Notes: generated by a model from the sequence alone, not told the origin. Positions 1 to 10,841 are shown, numbered from the stretch's first letter. The stretch: 64,000 bases of DNA from Candidatus Cloacimonadales bacterium (GCA_963665815.1 OY762463.1:1344001-1408000); one strand, 5' to 3'. Made by a program: numbers and translations.

Positions 1-815
1 GTTTCACCGATTTCTGAACTTATATCGTAGTCCGGGCATCTTCTGTCAGGTAATCCGTTGAATTCCCATGGGAAGAATACTTTCTTGGAGAAATTACCTG
101 TTCTTGATGAATGCCAGTTAATTGAATAAACTATACACTGCTCATCGCAGAATGCTTTAAGAGCTTGTAATTCACTCTCAGACATCGGAGCAGGTCCTCT
201 ATAGTAATCATAAAGTTCAAAAGCATTACTGGAAAGGAATCTGTTTCCATGAATCCAACCGAAATCGTAATTCCTGTTCAGGTCAACGCCATCTTCATCG
301 CTACCTTCCTGTACAATATATGAAAAAGTTCCATCATTGTTACAATCTCTTGTGTTTTTCCTGTATGTAACATCAAGACCGTCTCTTACAACAACATTAT
401 GTCCCGCAGGATTTATTGTCGGAGCAATCCAGATTTCAAGATTCTCAATCCATTGTCTGTAAGGAGCAACGCCTCTGTTAGCAAGGATTTCTTTGAATAA
501 TTCTACAGTTTCTTCAACACCTGTGATTTCCTCTGCATGACATTGTCCTACAAAAAGAAGCCCGGGTTCTCTATTATTTTCGTTTGAATCCACATTATCT
601 GATATTTTCATCACTACAATTGGAACAGGATCAGACCATGGATTATCTTCTGAATATCCTAATGTGTCAAGCTTTGCTATATCGCTGTGTGCTGCAACAG
701 AATCAGCCATTTCCTGCACAATTTCATCATAAGTATGATAATAAGCAGGAAGCACCGCCTGTGCACTGAGCATACAGCAAAGTCCAACAAATAAAATTAT
801 TAAATAGGTTTTCAT
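1..815 (-). CDS. Secreted M14 zinc carboxypeptidase (runs off window edge)
   Basis: Translated by hand from ATG at 815 (AGAGG SD): MKTYLIILFVGLCCMLSAQ signal peptide, YHTYDEI, GQCHAEE (HxxE Zn motif), GVDLNRNYD, YHSSRTG. Absent from the ORF track because it is truncated. Confidence 0.88.
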   Translation of the reverse strand, partial: MKTYLIILFVGLCCMLSAQAVLPAYYHTYDEIVQEMADSVAAHSDIAKLDTLGYSEDNPWSDPVPIVVMKISDNVDSNENNREPGLLFVGQCHAEEITGVEETVELFKEILANRGVAPYRQWIENLEIWIAPTINPAGHNVVVRDGLDVTYRKNTRDCNNDGTFSYIVQEGSDEDGVDLNRNYDFGWIHGNRFLSSNAFELYDYYRGPAPMSESELQALKAFCDEQCIVYSINWHSSRTGNFSKKVFFPWEFNGLPDRRCPDYDISSEIGE

Positions 816-841
816 TTTTGCCTCTTGTAATTCCATTTAAC

Positions 842-865
842 AAAAGAGGGAGAATTATCTCCCTC
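842..865 (-). terminator. Intrinsic terminator after the propeller-protein gene
   Basis: GAGGGAGA-TAAT-TCTCCCTC stem followed by TTTT on the minus strand. Confidence 0.6.
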
Positions 866-881
866 CCAATAATATATATTA

Positions 882-3800
882 CTATTTAAGTAACAGCATT
901 TTTTTAACTTCAGTTTTCTCATTTGTGTTGAGTTTGTAGAAATACATTCCTGATGCAACAGGTTTATCGTTATCATCTACACCTTTCCAGGTAATACTGT
1001 AGTTATCTGCTTCCAGTTGACCTTTCACAAGAGTTTTTACTTTCTGACCTTTAATGTTATATACACTGAGTTCAACATCACCTGTTCTCTTAATTGAGAA
1101 ATCTATGTTTGTTTCAGGATTGAAAGGATTAGGATAGTTTTGTCCAAGTGTGAAATCAGCACTATTTACATCTTCAGTTGTTGGAACACCATCAAACTGC
1201 ACTCTCTGAGCAAAAATGTTAATAGCATCATCTTTACCACTTGCCCTTGCATCAAGCCATCCGATAAGAGCATAAGCATTACTTCTTGTATTTTCCATTA
1301 CTCTTACAACTCGAGGTTCTTTTTGATCGCGGTAAGCATCACAGATAACCAATTCATCTCTGTATGTATCACCTGTATTACCATAATCTTTGATCATGTT
1401 AGCCTTGATATCGCCATATGAGCTTTGATAGTCAGCCCAGCAGGCTAAAACTTTTTCTTCGTATTGTAGCATTACAAGTTCAGATTGGGATGAATCAGCC
1501 TGAGCAAACATTACATCATTATCCCAAGCAGGAGTAATTGATGTTCCGGTGATATTGAATTTCTGCATTGCAATATCATTATCTGCTCCATTTCTGAAGT
1601 CAACCCAGCCAAGATAAAGATCATTTCCGTTAGCAACGAGTTTTGCAGAATACTGGTCATTAAGGAATTCAACAAGTGGAGTTCCATCAACACCATTCCA
1701 GTCTAAACTTACGGTTGTTCCGTCTTCAGTTAACAGATTAGCATAAATATCTTTGTCACCATTGTCATTTCTTGAATCTTCCCAGTATACAATGAGTCCA
1801 AGATCGTGTTCAATAGCCTTAATCTTTCTCTGAATAATCATATCGTCATCATCAATTGTGCTGTCCCAGGAAACCTTTACAGGTTCTGGCCATACAGTAG
1901 TCATTGTTGAATAATCCATCTTTTGAACATAAACATCATCATCTGTTTTGAAAAGGAAATATTCACCAACAATATCACTGAGGATCGCATCGTATTTTGT
2001 TCCATTTTCAATTATTTCAGCTACAAGAACACCCTGATCATCGTTTACGGTACCGTTTGTAATTTTCTGTGCAAAAATCTTATAAATCATCACACCAAAT
2101 CCTTCTCGAACCATGTTTGACCAGCCAATAACTGTTGAGCCATCATCAAGCATTATTATCTTAGCATGATCCTGATCGTAGTTTCTTGTACTGACTTCAA
2201 CAGGAGTATTTCCCCAGAGAGGATCTCCATTACTATCTATTGCCTGAGCAAATATTTTTGGATATCCAAGTCCTCCACCTCTACATTCAAATACAGTTTC
2301 AATTCCACCGTTTGCGTCCGCAACAACAGCAGCGTTTGACTGATTATATCCCATGTCAGAAGTAAATGGTTTGCCTTGTTCATAAGCTCCATCACCAGAT
2401 TGATCGTCTATAAATTGTTTTGATCCATCTGCTGGATCAAGATATTGAACGTATAATCTTGAACCGGTAATATGTCTTGGATCTATCCATGTAAAAGCAA
2501 CTTTTCCATCAGATAAATTAGTCAGTTCCAGTTCAGATACGTTCCCGTCAATTTGCCATTCAACAAGATTACCATCAGAGTTAAACCCTGCTGCAGGAGA
2601 ACCGTTTGTATCAATAACAATTGAGTAAAGGCCATTTGATCCGTTTCTTGCATCAAGCCATACAGCTGATACATTACCATTGGCAGATGCTCTCAGGAGT
2701 CCATCTCCCTGTCTTCCAGGAGAAGAACTTAAAGCAATACCGTCTGCAGCAAATACAGGATTTCCTGATGAATCGATTCTTTGGAGAAATACATCTGAAT
2801 CTGCTGATCCGTTTCTGTAATCATCCCAGATAACATAAACATCGCCACTTGTTCCAGCAGCAAGCCTTGGTTGCTCCTGGTGACCGCTTGCACTACAAAC
2901 TACAACACCATCAGCATTCCAGTTAAGAGTACCGTCTGACGCTACAGCCTGAATAAATATATCTCTTTCACTTGTTGTGTCCATGGTTAATCTTCTATCT
3001 TGCCATGCTACGTACATTATTCCGTTACCGTCTGTTGCAACACGAGGATTTTCCTGAATAGCAGGTCCTACATAAAGAGGCATTCCCTGTGGATATGCAG
3101 ATATGACTTTATTTCCTTGAAGATCAAGAATTTGAGCATAAATATCTCCACTGTTTTCGTTTCTTCTGTCTCTCCACGCAATACCGTAAGTATCGTTACC
3201 AAGATTAATAAGCTTTGCAGACTCCTGAATTGCGTCCTGACCGGTAGATGATGTTGCGTCACAAAGAACGATATATCCGTCTGTTCCACCCCAGAGCATA
3301 CTTCCGTCAGCACCAAATCTTCTTGCATAGAGATCACTGTCACTTGTCACCTGACGGTAAATCACAACAGCTCCACCATGTCCGTCTTTTCGGAATGTGT
3401 GTGAAGTCTGAATGTCTTGTCCACCAGCAACAGGCATACCTGTAGCTGTCCAGAGGTTAGCTCCGGTGTTATCAATATGAGCACCATAAATATCTGTACT
3501 GTTTCCAGGATTTCTCTGGTCATTCCATATAAGGAATACACCACCATTATCATCAGAAACAATATTCAGTGAAATCTGAATAAAATTGTCTTCAACAATA
3601 ACAATACCGCCATCATCATTATCATGCCATTGAAGATTTCCGTTAATATCAAGCATTTGAGTCCTGATATCACCTTTATCACTGTTTCTGAAATCAATCC
3701 AGGCAAAAATCAGATTATCTTCTGATGTTGCCATTACAACCGGATCTTCCTGTCTTCCATGTTTTCCACATACAAGAACGGATTCTCCGTTGTTCCACAT

Positions 3801-4028
3801 GTTTGTGCCATCCACTCCAACTCTCTGAGCATAAACATCTCTGTCACCGTTTCTGGTGTCTGACCATGTATATACTGTTGATCCGTCTGATAAACGTGTT
3901 GCAGATCTGTACCATTCAATATAGCCATTCTGCCTGATTTGAATTCCATTGTCCTGCCAGTTACTAACTAAACCGAAAAGACAAGAACTCACGATTAATA
4001 AAGTTGCCATAATTACAGCAATTCGCAT
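882..4028 (-). CDS. Secreted beta-propeller repeat protein with FlgD-Ig/T9SS-like C-terminal domain
   Basis: Signal peptide; about 16 repeats of W-x-D-x-R...D-I-Y-A-Q; C-terminal GQNYPNPFNPET...KKMLLLK. Confidence 0.85.
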   Translation of the reverse strand: MRIAVIMATLLIVSSCLFGLVSNWQDNGIQIRQNGYIEWYRSATRLSDGSTVYTWSDTRNGDRDVYAQRVGVDGTNMWNNGESVLVCGKHGRQEDPVVMATSEDNLIFAWIDFRNSDKGDIRTQMLDINGNLQWHDNDDGGIVIVEDNFIQISLNIVSDDNGGVFLIWNDQRNPGNSTDIYGAHIDNTGANLWTATGMPVAGGQDIQTSHTFRKDGHGGAVVIYRQVTSDSDLYARRFGADGSMLWGGTDGYIVLCDATSSTGQDAIQESAKLINLGNDTYGIAWRDRRNENSGDIYAQILDLQGNKVISAYPQGMPLYVGPAIQENPRVATDGNGIMYVAWQDRRLTMDTTSERDIFIQAVASDGTLNWNADGVVVCSASGHQEQPRLAAGTSGDVYVIWDDYRNGSADSDVFLQRIDSSGNPVFAADGIALSSSPGRQGDGLLRASANGNVSAVWLDARNGSNGLYSIVIDTNGSPAAGFNSDGNLVEWQIDGNVSELELTNLSDGKVAFTWIDPRHITGSRLYVQYLDPADGSKQFIDDQSGDGAYEQGKPFTSDMGYNQSNAAVVADANGGIETVFECRGGGLGYPKIFAQAIDSNGDPLWGNTPVEVSTRNYDQDHAKIIMLDDGSTVIGWSNMVREGFGVMIYKIFAQKITNGTVNDDQGVLVAEIIENGTKYDAILSDIVGEYFLFKTDDDVYVQKMDYSTMTTVWPEPVKVSWDSTIDDDDMIIQRKIKAIEHDLGLIVYWEDSRNDNGDKDIYANLLTEDGTTVSLDWNGVDGTPLVEFLNDQYSAKLVANGNDLYLGWVDFRNGADNDIAMQKFNITGTSITPAWDNDVMFAQADSSQSELVMLQYEEKVLACWADYQSSYGDIKANMIKDYGNTGDTYRDELVICDAYRDQKEPRVVRVMENTRSNAYALIGWLDARASGKDDAINIFAQRVQFDGVPTTEDVNSADFTLGQNYPNPFNPETNIDFSIKRTGDVELSVYNIKGQKVKTLVKGQLEADNYSITWKGVDDNDKPVASGMYFYKLNTNEKTEVKKMLLLK

Positions 4029-4338
4029 AGTGATTCCTCCGTAGTTAATTTTATACTTGTTATGTTATAGTTTTTTAAAAAACTTAAATCTTTTTCCGTG
4101 ATAATCAAACCTTTATTTTCTAATATTTATCGTTGCAAAATCGGTTAATTTCGGTTATGATATTACTAAGCAATTTTCAAACCGAAAATTTAGTCAAAAA
4201 AACAGTAATTATTAAAAAATTGACAACAATAAAATTAAAAAAATGTTGTTCTAATGTATTCTAATTGGAATAGTTCGTGAGTTATAACACTCACATGAAA
4301 GAAGTTAACACCTTAAAATGAATGGCGGATAATTATTT

Positions 4339-5376
4339 ATGAATAACTTAAAATGGATCAATATCACATTAGGAATTATTTCTATGGCTATCATAGTTAC
4401 TATCCTGCAAAAGCTACAGGCAATATTTATACCCCTGACTTTTGCAATAATTCTCGCCTTCCTCTTTACACCGTTCGAAAACTTACTCATCAGAAAGAAA
4501 TTTCCACGTTTTCTTACTGCAATAATTCTTATTCTTGTAATTTTCGTGTCTCTTACTGCTGTGGGTACTCTTGTTTATACCGGATTAGCTTCTTTCAGAA
4601 ATGATTTCTCAGAATATGAGATGAAAATCGTTAATACAATTAACGACCTTTCTGCAAGATTCGAACTACCTCTCGACAGCGTTAAAAAATACATTGAAGA
4701 CGAAGTTGACTGGCAGGAAGTTTTTGATAAAGTTCCGGTTACAAGATATATTACTAAGACGATGGGTACATTCGTAGATTTTGTTGTTAAGCTTATCCTG
4801 ACGATCGTACTTTTTATGTTCATAATGGCAGGAAAAAACAGATTAGGTGTAAGAATGGAAAAAATACTTACACTTGAAGAAGTAGAGCACTCCAGCCATA
4901 TTATAAATAAAGTTAAAACACAGATTATCAGGTATTTATTCAGTAAAACCATTATCAGTTTGTCAACTGCGTTGACAGGTATGTTTTTTGTCTACATATT
5001 TGGTATTGACTTCGTGATTGTATCCGGGCTTCTACTATTCCTGTTAAATTTCATACCGAACTTCGGTTCCATTATGGCTTCATTATTCCCTATTACCGTT
5101 TGCCTTTTCCAATATGGCTTTGGCTGGCAGTTGTTTGCTATAATAGGTGCTATGATTCTTATACAGATGGCTTTTGGAGTAATCATAGAACCTAAGTATT
5201 TTGGTTCAGAACTGAACATATCTCCTGTTCTCATACTTTCAGCATTGATTTTCTGGGCTTGGGTCTGGGGACCTGTCGGCATGTTTCTCGCTGTTCCTCT
5301 TACTGCAACAATGAATATTATTTTCAAGGAATTCAAGACATTCGAAATTGTATCCGCCCTGATAAGTGATGATTAA
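4339..5376 (+). CDS. AI-2E family transporter
   Basis: Polytopic membrane protein; LLNFIPNFGS, IIEPK..G..LNISP and WGPVGMFLAVPLT motifs. Confidence 0.9.
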   Translation: MNNLKWINITLGIISMAIIVTILQKLQAIFIPLTFAIILAFLFTPFENLLIRKKFPRFLTAIILILVIFVSLTAVGTLVYTGLASFRNDFSEYEMKIVNTINDLSARFELPLDSVKKYIEDEVDWQEVFDKVPVTRYITKTMGTFVDFVVKLILTIVLFMFIMAGKNRLGVRMEKILTLEEVEHSSHIINKVKTQIIRYLFSKTIISLSTALTGMFFVYIFGIDFVIVSGLLLFLLNFIPNFGSIMASLFPITVCLFQYGFGWQLFAIIGAMILIQMAFGVIIEPKYFGSELNISPVLILSALIFWAWVWGPVGMFLAVPLTATMNIIFKEFKTFEIVSALISDD

Positions 5377-5385
5377 AGGAATAAT

Positions 5386-6636
5386 ATGGCTGTAAAAATA
5401 AAATCCGTTTCAAGTGATTGTATTGCATATGAAAGTGGTATCAGAAAAGGCGATTTTATAATTGAGATAAATGGAAATGCTGTGGAAAACTTCATAGACT
5501 TTCAATATTATACAAGCACAAATGATCTCACAATTAATATCAGAAGAGGAATCGAAAACCTTACAATTGAGTTCGAACGAGACTGGGAAGATGTTCTTGG
5601 AATAGAACTGGAGGATCACAGATGCAGAACCTGTATAAACAAATGTATATTCTGTTTCATTGATCAAATGCCGCCCGGTGTTCGTGACAGCCTGCATGTA
5701 AAAGACGATGACCATCTATTCTCATTCGTTTTTGGGAATTTTATCACTCTTACTAATATCACAAACAGAGATATTGATAAAATCATAAACCAGAACCTTA
5801 ACCCTCTTTATGTATCTGTTCATACAACAAACCCCGAGCTGCATAAAAAAATGCTGAGGTACAACAAAGACTTTGATATTCTCGACACACTTGAGTTTCT
5901 CGACAGTAATATGATTGATATGCATACACAGATTGTAGTTGTTCCCGGATGGAATGATGGAAAAGAACTCGAGTACACAATCAACACATTGACTGATTTG
6001 GAGTCTGTACTCTCCATTGGTATCGTTCCTGTCGGGCTTACAAAATTCCGAGATAGACTGACTCATCTGAATAATGTAGATAAAGATAGTGCCCTTGAAA
6101 TTCTGAATATTGTTAACAGAATAAGAAATGCAAAGAATGTTGATTATATCTGGCCTTCCGATGAGATATTTCTGCTGGCAGAACAATCACTCCCCGGTGC
6201 AGATTTTTATCAAGATTACAGTCAATTAGAAAATGGTATTGGTATGATCAGATTGTTTACTGAAAACTGGAACGAAAACCTGCAAGAATTCAGGAGCTTC
6301 ATGACTGAAACAGGTAAAATTCCACATTTTGTAACAGGTAAACTTTTCTTCAATACTCTGAGAGACCTGGTAAATATAGCTGATGTAAACTGGCAGTGCA
6401 GTTATATATCCAACAAGTATCTCGGAGAAATGGTTACTGTTGCAGGGCTTATCAGCAGTGTAGATTTACTTGATCAAGTTACATTATCTGAGAACGAAAT
6501 TCTTGTATTACCTTCCAATATGTTCAATCCGGATGGATACACGATTGATGGATTACATGAAAACAAGCTTTTGGAGAAATTCGGCAGCTACATTATTGCA
6601 GATGAACAGTTCAGTCAATGGATGCTGATTAATTAG
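5386..6636 (+). CDS. PDZ + radical SAM, DUF512 family Fe-S protein
   Basis: N-terminal PDZ-like segment, CxxxCxxC (CINKCIFC), FIDQMPPG.R.SL..KDDD, GNFITLTN, QLENGIGM. Confidence 0.9.
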   Translation: MAVKIKSVSSDCIAYESGIRKGDFIIEINGNAVENFIDFQYYTSTNDLTINIRRGIENLTIEFERDWEDVLGIELEDHRCRTCINKCIFCFIDQMPPGVRDSLHVKDDDHLFSFVFGNFITLTNITNRDIDKIINQNLNPLYVSVHTTNPELHKKMLRYNKDFDILDTLEFLDSNMIDMHTQIVVVPGWNDGKELEYTINTLTDLESVLSIGIVPVGLTKFRDRLTHLNNVDKDSALEILNIVNRIRNAKNVDYIWPSDEIFLLAEQSLPGADFYQDYSQLENGIGMIRLFTENWNENLQEFRSFMTETGKIPHFVTGKLFFNTLRDLVNIADVNWQCSYISNKYLGEMVTVAGLISSVDLLDQVTLSENEILVLPSNMFNPDGYTIDGLHENKLLEKFGSYIIADEQFSQWMLIN

Positions 6637-6758
6637 TTTTTTTAAGTCAGTATTATTTCTGATCTTAACGTGTTACAAAAGATTTTTTTAACAAATATAT
6701 TGACTAATAACCAATTCTGAGAATCCTTCAGGAAGATTTGCAGTTCACATTACTAACC

Positions 6759-6842
6759 ATGTGTTCAATAGAAAGAAATGCATGTGCGTTTGTAAACCAA
6801 TATGATTACTGTGCAAATATTATGAGAAAATGGAGGTGTTGA
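6759..6842 (+). CDS. Putative 27-aa leader peptide (uORF) MCSIERNACAFVNQYDYCANIMRKWRC
   Basis: Open frame whose TGA (6840-6842) directly abuts the GNAT gene ATG (6843); no SD of its own. Confidence 0.35.
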   Translation: MCSIERNACAFVNQYDYCANIMRKWRC

Positions 6843-9800
6843 ATGGATTTCAAAGTAGTAGAATATAATGACTCTTATGCGGAAAAAGTGGCAGATATGT
6901 GGATTAACAGTAAAGAAGGCTGGAATGGACAGATAATGTTCGACTCGGCAGATGCTGTTATCAGGGAAGAAAAATCTACTGCCAGACTTAAACTATGGCT
7001 TGCGATTATTGACAACAAAGTAGCAGGATACTGCAGAATATCAAAATATGCTGCAGAAGATGCTCTTTATATAGGATTGTTAAATGTCAGAACAGAGTTT
7101 CAAGGCAATAAAATTGGAAAAAAGCTTTTGCTCAGGGCAATAGAAGAAGCAGGAAATAGAGGCCACTCAAGAATAGACCTTCATACATGGCCAGGAAACA
7201 TTTCAGCTGTCCCACTGTATAAGAAATGTGGATTCATGTGGGAGAAATCTAACAGAGGAACACATTTGTTTAACCTTATACCGGGTTTCGTAAAAACTGA
7301 ATTGTTCAAAGACTTTTTCGAAGATATTGACTGGTATTCCGACAGTACACGTGAAATTAAAGTTGAACCGGATGAATTAAAAGAAGAAGACTTGAAGTAT
7401 TTCGTCTATAGATGGGATAAAAACAAGAAGTTTCTTGAACTGGAAGTCAACAAATTTGGACGAAGCATTCACGCAGTGAAAACAAATGGTTTGAGTCTTC
7501 GGTTAAATATTGAAAATCCTGTATGCGTTATAGGTTCAACCAACAAGTTCTCAATAGATATCGAAAACACTTCAGAAAAACCTATTGATCTCGGAGTTGA
7601 GAGTGTTTCTTCTGAAAGTATAAAATGTGATTATTCGGAGAAGACAATTGTTGATAGCAGTGCAAAACTATCAGGAGAGTTTACAGTCAATCCGACCGAT
7701 AATGAAGATATGGACTTCGATGTATTCAAAAAACTGGAGCTTAAAGTAAAGGTTAATGGAAAATCGGTTGTACTCTCCACAGGTATTAAAAGAAAATTCG
7801 CAGCAACTTTTAGTTTTGAAGGAGCAAAATCTGTCCACAGACACAGTGACAAATGCCATGGCTATGTAACTGTGAATAATCCAGGGAAACAGGAAATGAA
7901 CTGTATATTCACTTTGCCACAGACAGATGTTGTAAAATTCAGTGATAGTGAATTAAACATACATATCCCTGCCGAGAGCAAATATATCATGGAATGTGAT
8001 TATGAAGTCATTAAAGGTGGATACGAAGTATCATATTTTCCGGTGAAGACGACATACTCCGATGGAAGAAAATTTGAGTTTAAAGGTAAGCTTGAGTTAG
8101 GTGTTCAAACCCTGACAGATTGTGCATCCGGTACTAATCGTTATTCTCATTTTGCATTAACCGGTCAGATACGAAGTTATCTTTCAATTGAAAACAGAAA
8201 GAATATCTTTGAGCTTGGTACTAGAATAGGCTCTCAGTATATAAGAATGCCACATCCGGCATTGGGTCTTCCTTACTCGGATGAGTTTCAGAATATTTTA
8301 CCGGAAAATGTTGATATCAGAGAAATACAAGGTGGATCTGAATGGGAGATCGTGTATCTTTCTAAAGCTTACGAGAATGTATCTCTTATTCGTAGACTTA
8401 AAGTATATACTTCTGGTTTGGCAGAGCAATCCTGGACTGTGATAAACAAAGGTAAAACCTCAATCAAGAAGCTTTACATTCAGGATGAATTTATAACTAA
8501 AGATTTTACAGCCGTTCCAATAGATGACAAAGTACTGATATTAAACGAAGAAGATCGTGTTCAATTTGAAAATATCAAAAGTGACAGAATTACTTCCAAC
8601 TGGTTGTTCTGCAAGAAAGAAAAAGGGAGTACAGGTATATCCTGGAGCAAGGAAAAATCAATTGAGTTCGGTGACTGGTATATTACAATGAATCAGATTA
8701 TTGAGGAACTTAAACCAGGAAAAGCTGTTGATTTAACATCTTTCAGCTATTATTTCAATATGTTTTATGATTACAAGGGATTCTCCAATTTCGTTACAGG
8801 AGAAACTTCTAAACAGCAGGAGATCTATCTACAGGATTTTGCTCCGTCAATGAAACATCCTGTATTGAAAGGGAATTCACTTAAATACGGTCTTTCCGTT
8901 CCGGTTCTATCTCCGGGAAAAGTTATGGTCAAAGTAAACAACCGGCAAATCTGTGAGATCAATCTTGATGATAAAACTAATTCCTGCGAGTTTAAATCTG
9001 ATTTGAAAGAACCAGGCATTGTAACAACAGAATTTAAAAAATCTGATGCAACATATACTAACTCTTATCTTATGCTCCCATATATAAACAAAGAAGTTAA
9101 AAACAAGGCTGAAGACAATAAATTAACCGTGGACAATGGCTGTCTGGAGTTCAGTTCAGACAAAGATTTTGCGCCTGTGATTCACTCATGTAAGCACAAT
9201 GGTAAAGAATGGATTGATTCATCCTATCCTGAGCTTTGTCCAAAAGGCTGGGATAATCCATGGAGTGGTGGTTTTACTGCAATGCCGGCAGGATTTAGAA
9301 CTTCCCATTTACTTGAACAGGAGAACTCAGCAGAATTTTGCAAGCTGAAGGATTCTTATGGAATCACCTGGGAAGGAATCAAAATCATAACAAAGTTTAA
9401 TGATGATTCCGAATTCAGAAAGATGAATCTGGAAACCTTTTATCTTACCTTACCTGAAATGCCAATACTCGTCCAATTATGCCGACTTGTGTCTTCACCA
9501 TATAATAGAGGTCATAATCGATTTATTCTGGGATCTCTGGATCTATCAAATAATGACGGAAAGTTCGAATTATCAACTGCTATGACAAAAGTAGATTCTT
9601 TTAACTATTCTACCAGATTTGACTCAAAAGACATTCTGACGCTCAGCCATACTGATTGCAGCACAAACGCATTCTTTTACAGTACAAATGATGAGTCATA
9701 TCCATTTGTCATGAAAGACATGATCAGCCTGAATGCCGGAAGAATATTCCATGAGATTGAACCGGATTCTAAGCTGAGTAAAATCCTGTCTGTATTGTTC

Positions 9801-9869
9801 TTCTCTGATCTTGATCTTAAAAAGGAAGATTTCAGTCTGTTCAAGAATCTGGAATTCTTCATGCAGTAG
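6843..9869 (+). CDS. Large GNAT N-acetyltransferase domain protein
   Basis: N-terminal GNAT fold (LLNVRTEFQGNKIGKKL, TWPGN..AVPLYKKCGF) followed by about 850 aa of beta-rich sequence of unknown function; GGAGG SD. Confidence 0.85.
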   Translation: MDFKVVEYNDSYAEKVADMWINSKEGWNGQIMFDSADAVIREEKSTARLKLWLAIIDNKVAGYCRISKYAAEDALYIGLLNVRTEFQGNKIGKKLLLRAIEEAGNRGHSRIDLHTWPGNISAVPLYKKCGFMWEKSNRGTHLFNLIPGFVKTELFKDFFEDIDWYSDSTREIKVEPDELKEEDLKYFVYRWDKNKKFLELEVNKFGRSIHAVKTNGLSLRLNIENPVCVIGSTNKFSIDIENTSEKPIDLGVESVSSESIKCDYSEKTIVDSSAKLSGEFTVNPTDNEDMDFDVFKKLELKVKVNGKSVVLSTGIKRKFAATFSFEGAKSVHRHSDKCHGYVTVNNPGKQEMNCIFTLPQTDVVKFSDSELNIHIPAESKYIMECDYEVIKGGYEVSYFPVKTTYSDGRKFEFKGKLELGVQTLTDCASGTNRYSHFALTGQIRSYLSIENRKNIFELGTRIGSQYIRMPHPALGLPYSDEFQNILPENVDIREIQGGSEWEIVYLSKAYENVSLIRRLKVYTSGLAEQSWTVINKGKTSIKKLYIQDEFITKDFTAVPIDDKVLILNEEDRVQFENIKSDRITSNWLFCKKEKGSTGISWSKEKSIEFGDWYITMNQIIEELKPGKAVDLTSFSYYFNMFYDYKGFSNFVTGETSKQQEIYLQDFAPSMKHPVLKGNSLKYGLSVPVLSPGKVMVKVNNRQICEINLDDKTNSCEFKSDLKEPGIVTTEFKKSDATYTNSYLMLPYINKEVKNKAEDNKLTVDNGCLEFSSDKDFAPVIHSCKHNGKEWIDSSYPELCPKGWDNPWSGGFTAMPAGFRTSHLLEQENSAEFCKLKDSYGITWEGIKIITKFNDDSEFRKMNLETFYLTLPEMPILVQLCRLVSSPYNRGHNRFILGSLDLSNNDGKFELSTAMTKVDSFNYSTRFDSKDILTLSHTDCSTNAFFYSTNDESYPFVMKDMISLNAGRIFHEIEPDSKLSKILSVLFFSDLDLKKEDFSLFKNLEFFMQ

Positions 9870-9968
9870 ACTATTTTGAGACCCGGGTTGTTCCTGATTA
9901 TGTTTGGAATGAACCGGGTTGATTATTTTAGTAATGTCAAACGAAAGTCAGCATTAACTCAGAATAAA

Positions 9969-10841
9969 TCACTGAGTCATATACTGGTTAGTTTTTTCCA
10001 GTTCTTCAAAGTACTCTTTACTCATTGTTTCTCTAAAGTAATAATCTATCATACGTTTTGTATGCACTTCAGGATCCTCATCAGATTTCCTCAATAGATA
10101 GTATTTTAGTTTCTTCAGAGAAAAGAGCTTCATCATTTGCCTCAGATATGAAAATAGGTTGAATAGAAACTGAGAATCCTCCAAATGGTGTAGACACAAA
10201 CTTACCATGAACAAGTTTATGATACGCTCTATCAATTATTTGTTTTACAGGAAGAAAAATTAAAACCATCATACTGAAAATCACAATTTGCTTAAAAGAT
10301 TTTCTTAAGAAGATTATTATAAGAATTAGCATTGCGGGTATCAGAAAAAGAAACTGACCTCTCACGAGCAATAGAAACAGAACAGTAACTAATCCAGAAA
10401 CAAAATGTTTAGTATTTTTATTCTTTATCCACTTGATTACATATGACATAAATAACAAAAAAAGATGGACAGATAAAGCTTCTGATAAAATAAATCCTGT
10501 ATTTTTTATTAAAAACATCATACTTATCAGAGAAGCACTTAAAGAAATTGTGTATACTCTTCTTAAGCCAAAACACTCTTTTAAGGTCTTCAAAAAGTAT
10601 ATGCATGCTATACAATAGATTGATGTCTGAATCAATAAAATCAATATAGTATGATGCCCCCTCCAATCAGTTTTATAGGATTGACAAATAGAGGATACAA
10701 AGATGTCCTGAAAGCTTCAAAATTAATGTAACTATTTGTATCATTTGCAAATCGGGAATGTTTAAAAACTATTACGTAAATTACGAAAATGCGATCAACA
10801 GTATGTAATGCAATTTTGAAAAAATTTACTTTTAAATTCAT
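9969..10841 (-). pseudogene. Frameshifted, truncated GT-C-fold membrane glycosyltransferase-like gene
   Basis: Three overlapping fragments (10641-10841, 10081-10644, 9969-10235) read as one protein: DTNSY..F...R..LYPLF, ILSEAL, LLVRGQFLF; AT-rich. Confidence 0.55.

Noticed and set aside
9868-9920. Possible IS end (ACTATTTTGAGAC) and hairpin after the GNAT gene
   Set aside because: Short, with no partner end found; more likely a weak terminator.
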